Positions 24,277 to 37,879 of a DNA stretch of 64,000 nt are shown one piece after another (the first letter of the stretch is position 1; the number at the start of each line of letters is the position of its first letter). The DNA comes from Raillietiella orientalis (Eukaryota). Both the position numbers and the translations under genes were made by a program. The stretch spans positions 3,844,001 through 3,908,000 of the forward strand of contig JAYWIR010000008.1 of assembly GCA_036172245.1 (NCBI GenBank). The letters are read 5' to 3'. The notes beneath the pieces are model-generated. The model saw only the letters and a program-made list of their open reading frames with translations. It was not told the origin of the DNA and did no database searches.

Positions 24277-25862
24277 CTAAGAAAGCCGTGGGGTCAGTGC
24301 AACGTGGACCAGATGGTCGGACTGGATCCACTTGGGGATCCCCATGGGTCGGTACTTCAAATACCTTGGTGTTCCTTTGGGGGTCTTCTGCGTCGCAGAA
24401 TCCTGATCCGGCCGTCTCCAGAAGGCAAAGCAGGCGCTCGGCCTATTGCAAGGATATTGCCGGAACGGTCCCTGGTGTGGAACACTTTCGTGGACTCCCT
24501 CCTTCTCCCCCTGCTTTTTGTTTGCTCCATCCCCCCGGACATTCGACAGCGGACCGAGGACCTCATCAGGAAAGTCATGTGGAGCACAGAGAGGTCCTGT
24601 GTCCGACTGAAAGACTTGCGTGCCCCGCATAGGGATGGTATACCAAGCCTCCTTATGCTGGAGCGAATGGGACGACAGCTCCAGATTCGAAGACTCGCCC
24701 TCGCGACGAGACTATGGACCAGCGCGCCTCCTCGCCAAGAGCGCAATCGGCTGCGAGGGACTGCCTTCGGTCCTGGTGGTCACTTTGACGCACTGTGGCC
24801 TTCAAATAGGACAAATGGTTGCCTTGGTGAAGGAGAACACCCGGATCTCCTGCATCCTTGAGAACTGCACTTCCTGGCTGCGAGGATCAGAGGAAGATCC
24901 ATGGCTCGAGCGAGGCGGAGTGCACCTGCCTGCGGGGATGCAGATTCGTTCGAATGCCGCTGCTGGAGATCATGTGTAACCCACGGTAGCTGCGGTGGGC
25001 TTCGTCCACTGCCCTTGCCCCAGTGCTACCCTTCTTAAAAGACTCAAGAGACAAAGACCCTCTGGCAAGGTGGGATGTGTCCTGCTGCCTCGAAGGCAGG
25101 AAGAAACTTCCGTGCTCGTGAACAACTCTTCAGCTCACGGACGCTGCGACCCGAGTGTCCCGCCTAAAGGACTCTTACGGTGGGGACGAGCTGCTCGCGA
25201 TCCCTCCGGAGGAGATGAAGTGACCCCCAGCGTGCTGGAACAGTAGCGCCCTCCCCTCGAGTGGCAGGAGTTGGCGTTGGTGGTGGTGCATGGGGGAATT
25301 CTATGCAAGGCACGCCTTCATCATTGGACACGGGGAGTGTGGATGCTGGATGTGATCAGTGCGGCGAGAAAGAGACCCTACTGCGCCCCCTTCTGCTGAA
25401 CTGTGACGCCTTCCACTTCCTTTAAGATCGCCTATCGACGACCCTAGGAATAAGAAGAGACCGAAATGGCAGGAATGCCATCCACTGGACGCGGATCTTC
25501 CTGATGAAGACCACCTCGAGGTGGCCCCACCTGGACAAGACACTGACGGAACTTGTCAGCATCCTGAACAGGATGCTGACAAGAGGACGTCCTCCAGCGA
25601 AATGTGATCCCATCCCCGGTTTCCTTCCCCTCCCCAATAAAAATTGTCCTCCTGTTTATCTCTTCTTATTTGTTTCTTTTTTTCCGGTTTTCCCTTCCCT
25701 TTCGCTGAGGAAACGGACCTCGCCGGTCTACATACCGGTCGCGGCAAGTCCCAGGCACGTGCTGAAACCATGTGGTGTTTCGCCACACTTGAACACTTCT
25801 GATGGACTTTTATTAATATTTTGTTCAATAATAAATGTCCCGGAAAAACTGGGTGGAAAACG
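24277..25862 (+). mobile_element. Same L1/Tx1 family, copy C (reaches furthest 5', into the RT C-terminus)
   Basis: RT motif GIPMGRYFKYLGVPL at ~24335-24379. It is followed by the typical L1 post-RT segment ERSLVWNTFVDSLLLPLLFVCSIPPDIRQRTEDLIRKVMWS...VRLKDLRAPHRDGIPSL, then the shared 'EWQELALVVVHGG' region, the 3' UTR and the end aataaatgtcccggaaaaactgggtggaaaa. Several frameshifts. Confidence 0.88.
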
Positions 25863-25993
25863 ATGCGGTAGCTGTAGAAAGAACAAACGTTTCTTGCGTT
25901 GCATTGCGCTTCCACGATTCAATGAGGTGAATCGGACATAGCCATTGGCGAGAGTAGGAGGAGAGTGGGTAGGGGGGAGGCCCTGAGGGGAAG
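25863..25993 (+). repeat. Right copy of a ~135-bp direct repeat flanking LINE copy C
   Basis: Starts immediately after the terminal hairpin of the LINE and aligns with 24142-24276. Confidence 0.9.
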
Positions 25994-26777
25994 ACTAGAC
26001 ATGGCTAGGAAAGTGAGTTCGCGGTCCAGCTTCAGCAGATGCTGAATCTGCGAAAAGACCGCTCAAGGTGCTCTTTACCGCCTTATAGATGCACGGCGAA
26101 GAAGACAGCGCCGCCGTTTGCGATGAAGCGCTCATCTCGAGAGATGAAAACAAGGGAAACTGTCGTCTAGTTGATTGAAAAAATGGCACCATAATGCGAG
26201 CACTATAATTACCGCAGCTGCTTCAGGAGCACTTACTGAAAGTGCCTACTGCGGCTGCTTAAGCAGGCCGGGATTGTAGGGAGATCGACTAAGCTGGATC
26301 GACCTCTTCCATGGACGAGGGTGGACAGATTTAGCAAGCCAACCGAGGTGCCAGGACCGCGAGAGGGGAACCGCAAAGTACGCATAAAGCAGAAGTCCAG
26401 CAGCCGAACGTCCTTCTCGTCTTCCGCCGCCTCTGCACACGCACACACATTCATGGATCGCAAGCGGCACACCCTTTTGAATGTGCTTCGTCCTTTTGCA
26501 GGTAGCGCCTGTGTCTTCGAGGAAAAGAAACATCACGAAGCCAAGCCGAACGAAGTCGCGCCAGCCAAGGGGAACGGTGGCTGGGAAATGACGCCATTTC
26601 GTTGATCCGAAAACGACGGAACCCTGCATTCCTCGAAACTCCTGCCTTTGCAAACGCCGCCAGCACAACCCGGATGTCCACTCTCTTCCTGAGCAGCCTA
26701 AAGGATGGGTTCCAGACTGAAGCGTGTGACTCATTCTTGAAAATTGCGCTGCACCCATCCAGAGGACGCTATCCATT

Positions 26778-26800
26778 TGTGTGTGTGTGTGTGTGTGTGT
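26778..26800. repeat. (TG)n microsatellite
   Basis: Perfect dinucleotide run. Confidence 0.9.
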
Positions 26801-29800
26801 AGTTTCCATCCATCTCCGACTATGACGTCAATACTGCATGCATCCAGTGAGTTAGGGAGCAGAAAAGATTTGGAATTTCTCTTCTCAGAGCGGCTCGCTG
26901 AGAAGTCGCTGCGGCATATCGAATTCGAGCCCGGATTCGAGATCCCCAGGAACCGGGAACAGTCTTTATCGGATGCAGCGAATTCCTTGGCAGCTAGTTG
27001 TGATCCGTTTCGACGAGAGGGTGCTTGGAAGCCTCGGAGATCAAAGGGGCAGCTGAGATGGGAACCGCGGAGGCCCTGGCCAGGGTGCGAGAAACACGCC
27101 GTAGGAAAACGTTGAAAACCACCTGTACTTTCGGCGTTCGCAATGTGCTGCTGACAAGGATGGGGTAGTCCTGCAGGTAACCACGCCTGGAGAGGTGATG
27201 ATTGTCTTGAGGAGGAGAATTGCACTTGCAGTGTGGTTATCCCGATCGCCGACGCTACCCCAAACAGAGGAGTGCACGGGAACTTTGCAGCAGTTCGCTC
27301 TTGAGTGCAAATGCCATTCAAGAATGGAAGGCCTTCTTCTGTAAAGCACGCGCTTCCGCCTCTTAAACGGCTGCTGAAGAAAAAATTTACCCAGCACTCG
27401 AATCGTAAATCAAGCGACGCCATCTTAATTTGTTTAAGCAGCATCCAGACAGTTAAAGGATGGGAGATGACCTATTTGTTTTGCGTTGTGTCAATGATTT
27501 CACACCTTACATCATCGTCGTTGGGTCTGATCTGGGCTTCGCGCTCACCACTTCGAGAATGCCAATGAAATTCTACGCTCCCACTCACATCTCAAACGCA
27601 GACATCCGAACGCATCACAAATAAAAAAGAGAGAGCACTGCAGATAGCGGCAAATGGAGCACTCGGGAAAGAAAAAACCGCGACAGCAAATCGTCCCTCT
27701 CATCAGCAGCTGAAAAGACCAACAGGGAGGCTGTGCAAATAAAGGCAAATGGACAACAAACAGAAGCTGCGAAGACACACAAAGAAGTGTTCGCTGCGCT
27801 GTGCTTCGTTACACCTTGAGGAGAAGTAATAGGGTAAGGGATTTTCAAATGCCTCGGAGGACATGCGAACGCAACAAGCAGCGTCACTTTGAGTCATGGC
27901 TCCGGATACGCGTCTGTCTGTTGATGGACCCCATCACTCACTGTTATTCGTTGTCATGAGATCCTTGAAATGCTGAAGGAACTCCAAAATGAAAAAAAAG
28001 GAAACGGAATCTCAGCGTCTTTAGAAGCACCACTGGATGGGCGCGGGGAATTCGCCACGCTTGCGACGAAAGCTGAAAACCATGGTAACGCAGCAGCAAT
28101 TCCCAAGGCGGATGCTAGAGGGCGAGCCTCGGGACTCGAAAACGATCGAGGGAAAACGCGTAAGGTCTAAGAAGTCGAGTAAGCACGGGGGTCCTCCGCG
28201 CTCCTCTGCGACCCTCTGAGAAACTCGGGGTGCCTCGCAGGGCTGCTAGGGCTGAGGGGACCAGCTGCAAATTACCCCCAATTTTGGGGGGGGAATCACG
28301 GAGGGCAATGGATGCAGACGCAACTGATGATCGACAGGGAAGAAAAAGATTTTCTGGAAACATTCTGTAGGCGGTTTCATGGCTCCAAAAATACTCCAGA
28401 ATCAAATGCACACTGCCCAAGTCGTTTGGTTACTGAGATCATTGCAGGCGGGAAGGGAAAAAAAAAAAAAAAAAATGGGGAGAAACTCTGGTAAAAACAA
28501 CTCCATCTTATTTGACATTCGAAAAAAAAAAAAAAAAAAGGTTTGTTGCATAAGGAAAGCAGAAAGCACGGTTCTTGTAAAACTATAAATACAAGATTAT
28601 AAAACTGCAATAAGTAAGTTTCCAGGTCGCAAGAGGAAACGTGTACACCAGGAAAACAGCTATTTTCCTGAAAGCACCCTTAATTAGCCTTGGAGGAAAA
28701 AAAAATCTTTGCTCGAGGAAGTTTCAAAGACAGATGCGCCTCCTGAGACGACGCTGGATCCTTTAAAAATGCTTCACCACCGAAAATGCAGACGGAACTG
28801 AAAAACGAAGATGTGAAAATGCTGTCCTTAATGGCTCCGGATGAAAACACGAAACACGTAAAACGCGCAATTTGCAACCGTAGGAGGCACTTAAATGCAC
28901 CGAATTTCAGGATAGCACACAGAAAAGGGTAATACAGCCGATGCAGTAACGGGTTCCAGAAAACATCGATTGAGGACCAGCCTGCATTGATTGTGCATTT
29001 GAAGACCAGATGAAAGAGGATTCCTAAGAAAACCGTTGCTTCCCACACGGACGGCACTTACCCGCCAAAAGGAAGAAGAAGAAAAGGAAGGAAGGAATAA
29101 ACAGGCAGCAGGTCCTCGAGATGGTTTCCGAACGCTGGGGAAAAGACTGAATTATTCGGTTCCGAAGAATACCACACTTATTCGACCAACTACAAGGAGG
29201 AAAAAGTTGCAACCCAAGGAAACCAAAATATAGCTCGGATGAAGGCGCACTTCCAAAGATTAAGGACGAGATGAAATGGGTCTAAGATAAACCATGCGCA
29301 TCACACTTCATTACCCATGAGGATGCTAGATGAAAGCTCTTGGATTTTTGTGAAACACGAAAAATATTCGTGAAATCCAATCTTCTTCATACCCTTGTTT
29401 TTATACCCTCGACTGCGTTCCAGATTGGAGAGACCAAATCGATTTGTAAAGTCAGCTCGCAGCAACTAGGACAGCACATCGGCTCCTCAAATGAGAAAAA
29501 AGCCCTTAATTCTAAGTGTCTACGAGACGGAAATTCTACCTCACGACCCACGAATTGTAGACAACCTGGATGCTTGAGACCTTTCTGAAGCGAGCACCAA
29601 ATGGAGGGCTGGAGCTTCAACGTCCCCCCCGCAGTAGAGCCCTCGCTGCCTTCTTCCTTGGTGGACGCCTCGGATATCCAGCATCCCGTACTGCGCGTGG
29701 GTCAAGGCACACGTTCCTCTGGTCGACCCCGAACACTTCATTAAGCGACGCATGTGAAAATGGGGCGACGAAGCAACGGCAGCTGACAGCAACATAAATT

Positions 29801-30187
29801 AAAAGACTCGCCGTTTCCCCAAACAGCCCAAATATTGACCAGCAAAAGAAAAAGGAAACCTACAGCCAGGCAGCTCACGCAAGTGGCCGATGGTGTTCCA
29901 GAGTCACAGCACAGCATACGTGCATCCCTCTTCGCACCGAAGGCAGAGATTGGCCTTTTCTGATTCCCACTTCAAGAGGATCTCAACGTCGTGTTTTATT
30001 TGGACCTGGCGAGCGCCAAGGACAAATTCCACGTGGTCACGGACAGAACCAAATCCGTCCACGGGGAAACCCCTCGAGCGTGTTTCGACACATCGCGGCT
30101 GTTTCCGGTGGCGGGGCGCAGTGGTCGACTTGGCATTCCTTATCGATGCCATTTGCTCCCGATAAACGCAGAGACTGTTGTCCTTAC

Positions 30188-30271
30188 GTTTATCAAGAGA
30201 AAATGGCATTCCATTATGCCGCTCGTGATTACTGTGCGGAAAGTTAAGGGTCGAAGGCAGGGTGGTCACCA
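30188..30271 (-). other. Candidate 84-nt internal exon of the same minus-strand transcript
   Basis: Acceptor tttctttcttttacag| and donor AAC|gtaagg. Only phase 1 is open (VVTTLPSTLNFPHSNHERHNGMPFSLDK), which matches the phase of the 69-nt exon. Confidence 0.35.
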
Positions 30272-30908
30272 CTGTAAAAGAAAGAAACGCAGATTGCTGG
30301 CTTATTGAGTGGACTGATAGCCGCACATTAACGACGGCCGTGCTAGGATCAAGTTCCTTGTGCCAGCAATCCAGTGGGCCCACGCTTGTGCAATCTTTCA
30401 GATAGCAAGATATTGAAATATTCGCTTGATGTCACATATCTTTGCAAAAAATTCAAAATGCCATCGATGCTTCCAAGGGAGCCGAACTGGGGAACGAAAA
30501 TCCGTACTAGGATTCTAGGATCATGCCTGATCGAACACCATGCAGTGTAACTACCATTTGCCCCCTCTCATTCCAACTTTCGGTTTTCATTTCACTTCTG
30601 CATGAGCATATACGGAACGGATGCTGTGGGATGAACCAAACGCAGGGTTACGGCGTCCGCTGAGGCGCTCATCGGATCCCATGGGAGATGCTGGTGGTCC
30701 TGGAATGCGGAGTGTGTAACGAGTCACCTGCCCAAGCAACCAACCCCGAAAATGGATGGTGCTCGAGCGTCGACCCTACATCCGACCTCTCCCCGAGAAT
30801 CCTGTCGCCCTCCCGACATTCCGTCGTAGGAGGGCAACAGGATTCCGAAATTCTGGCGAGTAGGAGGCCCGCGACGGTGAGTGCAGAAGAGTCTGGGCAC
30901 GAGCTCAC

Positions 30909-30977
30909 CTGGTGCCACCGTCGGCGAAGATCTTTGTGATAGTAGTAAATACTCCAGTAGGATCCTAGAGGTTTGAT
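30909..30977 (-). other. Candidate 69-nt internal exon of an unidentified minus-strand transcript
   Basis: Acceptor ctttccgcag| and donor CAG|gtgagc are both near consensus. The phase-1 reading DQTSRILLEYLLLSQRSSPTVAP is open. Confidence 0.4.
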
Positions 30978-33900
30978 CTGCGGAAAGGTTCCATGCGTAC
31001 GGCCTCTGAGCATGGCCAAACTGAATTCCACGCAGGAATTAGAATTACCGCGTGTGTGTGTGTACCTTCAGATAGCCCACTCGTGGAAGCGTAACGCAAG
31101 TTATGGGAATGACCTAGCTGGTGGATAATTCAAGACGTTTATGACCTGAATCCTGAGAGCTTCTAGAATACCGCCACAAAACCAGCAGACCAGAAGCCAG
31201 ATGGATGCAGCCCCACTGATTATACTACCAAAGTCCCCCCAAACCTAGAGCTCTCATGCAAAGCATGTGGCTACACAGATATCTCTAAGACTGCAAAGAA
31301 AATGGCAGGAGGAAAATGGGTACTTGCTGATACACCGCAAGTTAGCATTCTACTTGCAATACTTGAGGGCTTCAATACTTTTTTCGATGCAAACCAGAAA
31401 CAGCTGCCACTGTTATTCGACTGTCCATCTAAGTCCAAGTACACAAGAGCTCTTGTTAGTTTGCTCAAGCCCAAACTAAGAATCAGTAGCTAGTAAACAC
31501 TTAAACAACTTTCAGTTCAATTGTTACCATTCCCGCCCCAATATTTTATTGAAAATGATATACATGAGGTACTCTGCTGATTTTTGGGAGTAACAAGAGC
31601 ACTTTTCTTTTAAACTGCAAAATTGGCAAGATTCTGAAGCCAGCATGGCATGATAACCCCACTTTACTAACTTGCAGGAACTAAAAGACATGCTCACAGG
31701 TCCTACTGAGTGACAGAAAATGAAACTGAAAATTAGAATTGGTATCAGCCCAAACCTTTTACTAAAAACTGCATTCTTCAAAATTCAGCAAAATCATTTT
31801 ATTCATTCTAAGCCATTTTGCACTATAAACAGTCTTTTTATGACACAGTTAAAATGCATCAGAAAAACGTGGAAAAACAGAGATTACATATCAGAACATA
31901 CAACACAGATTATATACAGAACACATATTGATGGCATAAAAAAATGCAACTTCCAAATGAGATTCAAAACATCCAACCAAGTTCCTCTTATATTTATTTA
32001 TATGAACAACAAATCTCTTTGGAAAATATATTTTTGCATAAGCAGGATGGCTGCAGAAAGCATTATGCCTACCAGTATGTCTTGACAAGATCCTAGTTAT
32101 AAATTTCAAGAATTAATTAATTACTTATCCAGTCAGCAAAATTTCAGTGATACAAAACTTGAGTTTCAAATGAAATGTCTGCAGTATTCGTTGTTTACAT
32201 GAACCATTTAAGACTCAGGAACATCCAGAATGAACTGATAGAAACTAAAGGTCAATCAAGGAATGTAAAATGTACCAACTCATTTATTCTGATATTTGCA
32301 GCTATCTCAGGAAAAATTCCTTATGTTCAGACGAGTACTATTAGAAGACAACATATGTAACAAAAATTGATTAATGGGCAATGTTCAACTTTCATGCATA
32401 CCAGTTAACAAATGTATTAAATGCACAGATCATGGTAGAATTACATTAAATAGAGAAATTCATCCAATAAAATCTACACTTATTTTCACAAGGAAAAATT
32501 AGTGCAAAGGTTTGGCAAAAAAGGTGGCTCTTATGTTTTCATCAAACTACTACTTATAGCTCTCTTGGATGCAGGATACCTAACATAATGTAAAAACAAA
32601 GAAATTTCTGAAATCCTGATCCAATACACAATCCTTTAATGTGCTTTATATTACCTTTACTGTTAAATAAGTGGCCCAAAGAATGGCATGGTAAATTTTC
32701 GAGCACATTAGTCATGTTATTAAAAGCATTTACTCAATCTCTTAATCCAGTGCACTCTCCAACTGTTTCATAAATAGTTTTGTGAGCATTAAAACAAATA
32801 AACAAATTTAAAAACCAAAAATGCACATGCTGCATTAAGATGATGTGAAAACATTACCCACTGACTATTACTTAATTCAAAAATGTTTTAAATTACACTT
32901 CATGAAATTAAGTCAGAACTTCCTCAAGAATGATTTCTAATCGCCAATCAGTTCTAAACGCTTGAATGTTGAAAATTTTTGATCATTCCTTTAAAATATA
33001 TCATTCTGTATAATTTCCTTCGAGACTTGAAACGTTACTGGACACAACAGCATTCCATTTGGAGAAGCAAGCCTCACCTAGTACTCAATTACACCAATTA
33101 CTCACACCTGATTCGTTATGTATGACAATTCTCGGTGGGTGTCCAAAACTGAATCGGATCGAGCAAATAGTAACAGTTGAAGACTACAGTTCAGTAGAGA
33201 AACCATTTTATTGAGACTTAAGATGCCTACTGGCAAAAGAACGGTTGGCAAATACGCTGAAAAATTATCACATTACCTTAACTACAATCTCAATGACTAT
33301 AATGCTGTAAACAGCAAACTAAACGAAAACCGGTCCCAACTGCATTGGGAAATTTGAGCTTGAGAAACTGACTGAATTGATTAAGACAGAATTAATATCT
33401 ATACTTCCAGAATATCCGACGAATACGATTTCAAAGAAAAACGTTCTCGGTTTCTGCCAAGTTTGCATGGCTAAGGAACGTCCAAGAACTACAACGAAAT
33501 CGAAAAAGTCTGTTTCAATGCATCACACGGGGTTTGAAGGAAAAACACTGAGATGCCCGCAGAGTTGAGCCAAAGTGGACGTCGGAAAACTGCACCAGCT
33601 TCACAAGAAGCTTAAAAGAACGACCTGGACAAAAAGGATTCACTTTCAAACGGGACACAATGCTTGAGCAGCAGCCCACCAAGAGCACAAAAAAAAAAAG
33701 AAACGGCAAGAAACAGATGAAATCGTTATTGGAGAAACGAGAGCATCCCTACGGCTGCTTCGAATTGGTCGATCAGGATTTTCTCATCTGAAAGTACAAA
33801 AGCACGGTGTACCAAGCAAAGGGTTTTTGAACTTGTTGGGATGGGGCAGAAAAGGGAGTGAATTTTGAAAAGAAAGATCATCACAACTGGGAACCATCAC

Positions 33901-36900
33901 ACACGCCACAGTTGCAAAAGCTACGATTCGGGTTGTCAGAGGACGAACGGAAAAAAAGGAACTTCCGAAACTGATAAGTTCCGGGATACCATTATTCAAC
34001 TTGAGTAAATTAAAAAAAAAAAAAGTGAATGTTTCCTAATAATGTATGCGACAAATGCATTTATAAACACACAAAGCATTAAGGAACAAAAAACGAGCTT
34101 TCGCAACCAAAAATATGCATGGCTTTTGAAATATTTTTACACTTCCACAAGAAATCCAACCACGCTTAGCATTTCAACTGACTTTTTGATCTACGGTTCC
34201 GAACCGAACTCGAATATTTCGCATTTGCTTCTTTTGCCACCACACAATAAATAACATTGGGGTTAACAGCATTAAGGCATTTTGCCTTTCTCTCCTATAC
34301 CATTGTGAAATACTTCGAGCCTTTCCAGATGGCTTACTACGAGAAGAGCTTATTCGAAACTGACAAAATTTGAACTGTCTCCAAAACATACAGCAAGGAG
34401 CACCTTAAAAAAAAACGGGATATATGCAATTCTGAAAATCCAAATATCATACGAATGTCAACATTCGAATGTTAATATCTGCTTCGATCTCTAGTGATGG
34501 AATTCTTTACTCACATTAGAGAACTCATTAGCTTAGTTTCTATAGTTGGCCACAATTTAATACATTCGCCGCTAACATGTAATAATTTATAACATGTGTA
34601 CTCTTCGAGGCATGAAATTAAATACTTGAAATACATGAAATAAAATTGTTACTTCATGATAAAAGTATCTGAAAACCGGCGCAAATTATTTTAAACTTCT
34701 TACAGTCCTACAAATGGAAGTAACAAATGAGCTGGTTCTAAATGGGAATAGTGATAAATCACTATGCAAGAAATGAAGAGCTACATTGACAAATACATAT
34801 ACGTCGGCATCTTGTTTTGAGATATTGACTCACGATATTTGCAAAAAGCGGTTCCTCGAAATTTATTTATTGTTTCCGTACCTTTTGACCTCGTTGCATC
34901 ATGGGTTGACTGATTCACAAACAAAGACGTAAAACTAATCTCAGGTGATATCGCTGAAATCAGAGTTCCAAATTCATGATTACCATAGATACTGGCACTT
35001 TATTACTTTGACTGACTGCGATTTTCATTGTAGGCAATTCTCCACCAAAATAAAATTAGAGTAAACTAAGCTAAATGCTAAAGAACCTAACAGACTCGGC
35101 ACAAGTTCCATACCTGAAACGATATTTTCAAATGTAAAGAAGTTTTTGAATCTGAAGAGTACATACATATTCTTCAATGTACGCATGTATGTATGTACAG
35201 ATAAATAGATAGTGATACCGCTATTCACATATACACACTTCAAGAGCATGATCATTTCACATGCTTGTGAAATTTCCGATTTCTGTAGTGCACAAATGTT
35301 AAAAAACGAAATTTATGATTTCAGGATGCTTTTTTTGATCTCGTCGACACATTTGCTTTATCAGCTTGCTTCACTCACATGAAGACAGGAAATGAAATTT
35401 GTTACTCCTGAGCGCGATGTTTTATTTATTCATTCAATGCCTTTCTATTTGAAGTGGACATGTACGTGTGCTCGCAAACTTGTGACAGCAGTAGAGGCAG
35501 GTAGAAATTTTTAGTTCTGCCCTATTTTGTAGCAGCCAGGTTTTTCCCAAATTATATTTTAGGGCAGATGCGTTTGGAGCTCTTCACTTGCTGCTCCGGT
35601 CCACACTGAGTCGCACATTAAAAAAAAAAAAAAAAAACATCGAAGTGAAGAATTGATTTATTCAGTCGTTGCTACATCGATGAAACTGGATGATAGGAAG
35701 CAGCAAAGAAAACAGGAACCTCATTATATAGGAATTCAATTTGTTCACGTATCCCAGTTCACAATTCCCCCTTTTGCCACACGTCTTCAAGTACGTTCCT
35801 ATAAATTATCGAAAGTGTACTGAGGGTTCATGATGAGATAGACACGAATTATGTGGAAACTGGGCAGAAATGTTTAAAAAACGGCCTAATGTTCTCCAGG
35901 AAATGTAATAATAATAATAATAAAACTAATAGTGAAGGGAAAGCGTTTCCACAATTATGGCTGCCGCAGTCTTTCACCTCATTCAGTGTGGATGAAGAGG
36001 GTGTCGCAGTCGAACACCAGGGAACATCGGCTGCCGTTCGGCGCCAGCTTCCCTACAACATCCTGGAGAGTACTTGCTCTTTCGAGCTTTCGAATTTGAA
36101 CGCGTCTTCTAAGGGAATTTCCAGGAAGGATCGAGGGGGGGGGGGACGATGAAACTGAAGGATGCGTCTTATCGCTTGGCCGAACATTCCGTTTTCGCCT
36201 CTATCCGGGAAAGATATTGCACGAATGGTGCTTCCTTGGTCTTATCACGGTCTCTTCTCGCTCCTAACGCTGAGACTTTGAACAGGAAGCGAACCGGGAA
36301 AACTTCAGTGTCTGATGTTTCCCTGCATTTATTTTTACAGATCTTCCAAAGATTTGGAAGGAATGGATGTCGCTTCGAGGCGGAGATGGTTCCTTCTGGA
36401 TTCAGTGGATGAGTATCTGCTGTAGGTGCTACGGGACGAGATCAATCAGCCAGGTAGGATCTAGGAAGATGCCTTATGCTGAGACTGTGGTCATCGATCA
36501 GTGCTCTGAGGCGGTTTCAGATTTGGCGTCTCATCAACAACGAAGAAGCTCGTGTTTAAGGGAGCGTCAGTCTAAGTGATAGCCATCACCTCCAAGCAGA
36601 AGAAGATACTTTAGGAAGGGCAGTGGCGACGATGTTTATATTCCATCTTCCACGAAAAATCTGATTGCTTGGAAGCATTTTTTTTTTTTTTTGACGCCTT
36701 GCCTCTCCGAAGGACGGGAAATCTTTACTGTCTTTTTCTTCTTATACCTTTTTAGAGCAGTCCGAAAGGATGTGCCACTTAAGATGGCAAGCTCTTGGCT
36801 CGGGGGAAACGAACAAAACTCTCTTGCGTCTGAGCTTTTCTGAGAGAGAGGGCGTCCCTGGGCCACGTCCCGCCTGTACTTCGGCCATCGCTCGGAAAAT

Positions 36901-37879
36901 TCGAGACCGCTCGAACAAGAAGACGAGCCACCACGTCTTCCTGGAGGCTGCTGCATGCACGTGCGCCTTCCCGGCGACACCTCCGCCCCGTCCGCTCACG
37001 CTGGAGGCGCGAGTCATGACGCAGGCGCTCCGACGGACAGCTCCGCGATTCGAACGTTCGTCTCGCCAAAGGTCGGTTCGAGAGACGCTGGCGCGTTGCA
37101 GCGGCCTCCGGGCGGAAGAATTCTTCACGCGACCTTCCGGTTCCTTCTCGAGCGGCAGTCCTTTCAGGGGAAGATCCCGGGCGGCGCGAGCCTGGAGGGT
37201 GCGGTGGTTCTCCTCAGCGCTTGACGCGTTCACGCCCACCCGTGCCTTCTGCGTGGGAATGCGTGACGTCTAGTCCGCCTCCCGCGCGCGGCCGGGACGA
37301 CCTCAAAAAGCTGGGAAGGTGGGGAGGAGAGGGGGAGTTCCCTGCCTTTTCTCTGTTTCGCTTCGCTTTCCCCCCCCCCCCCCCCCAACAACCTAAATTT
37401 ACCTTCCAGCGGTCGTGGCGCAGGAGAATGCGTGAGGGCTTTGCCGCGTCGGCGCTTGCCGCCAGCCGCGCCGCGCAGTTCCAACCCGCCCGCGTCATCG
37501 CGTCCCGCCGCACCCTGCCGTCAGACGCATCGCCCCGCAAGTCGGGGGAGCTCGCGCTGGGTGAAATCTGCGCCCCTACGGCTGGCTTCCCTCCCCGGGA
37601 GACTTTTTTGCTGACGCTTCGCGCGCGTCGGTTCACGCGCCGAGGGCGTCTGTTCCGAGCGGACGTCTAACAAAGAATTACATTTTGTTTCATCCGGACG
37701 AGGAGCCTCTGTCTGCCACCTGACCTCGAGGGCGCACTACAACGGCTGGCGTTCTCCGAGGGCTCGCGTCGGAGAGCAACCCTGCGCGCGCTCGCGCCGG
37801 GCGAAAATCCCTCCCTCACTGCGGCGCTACTCCACGCGCGGCCTGCGCCCCCTCATCGGGGGGAAGAGGAATAGATCGG

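Noticed and set aside
32911..32989. C/D-box snoRNA-like arrangement on the minus strand
   Set aside because: Box C is non-consensus (ATGATCA) and I see no rRNA-complementary guide.
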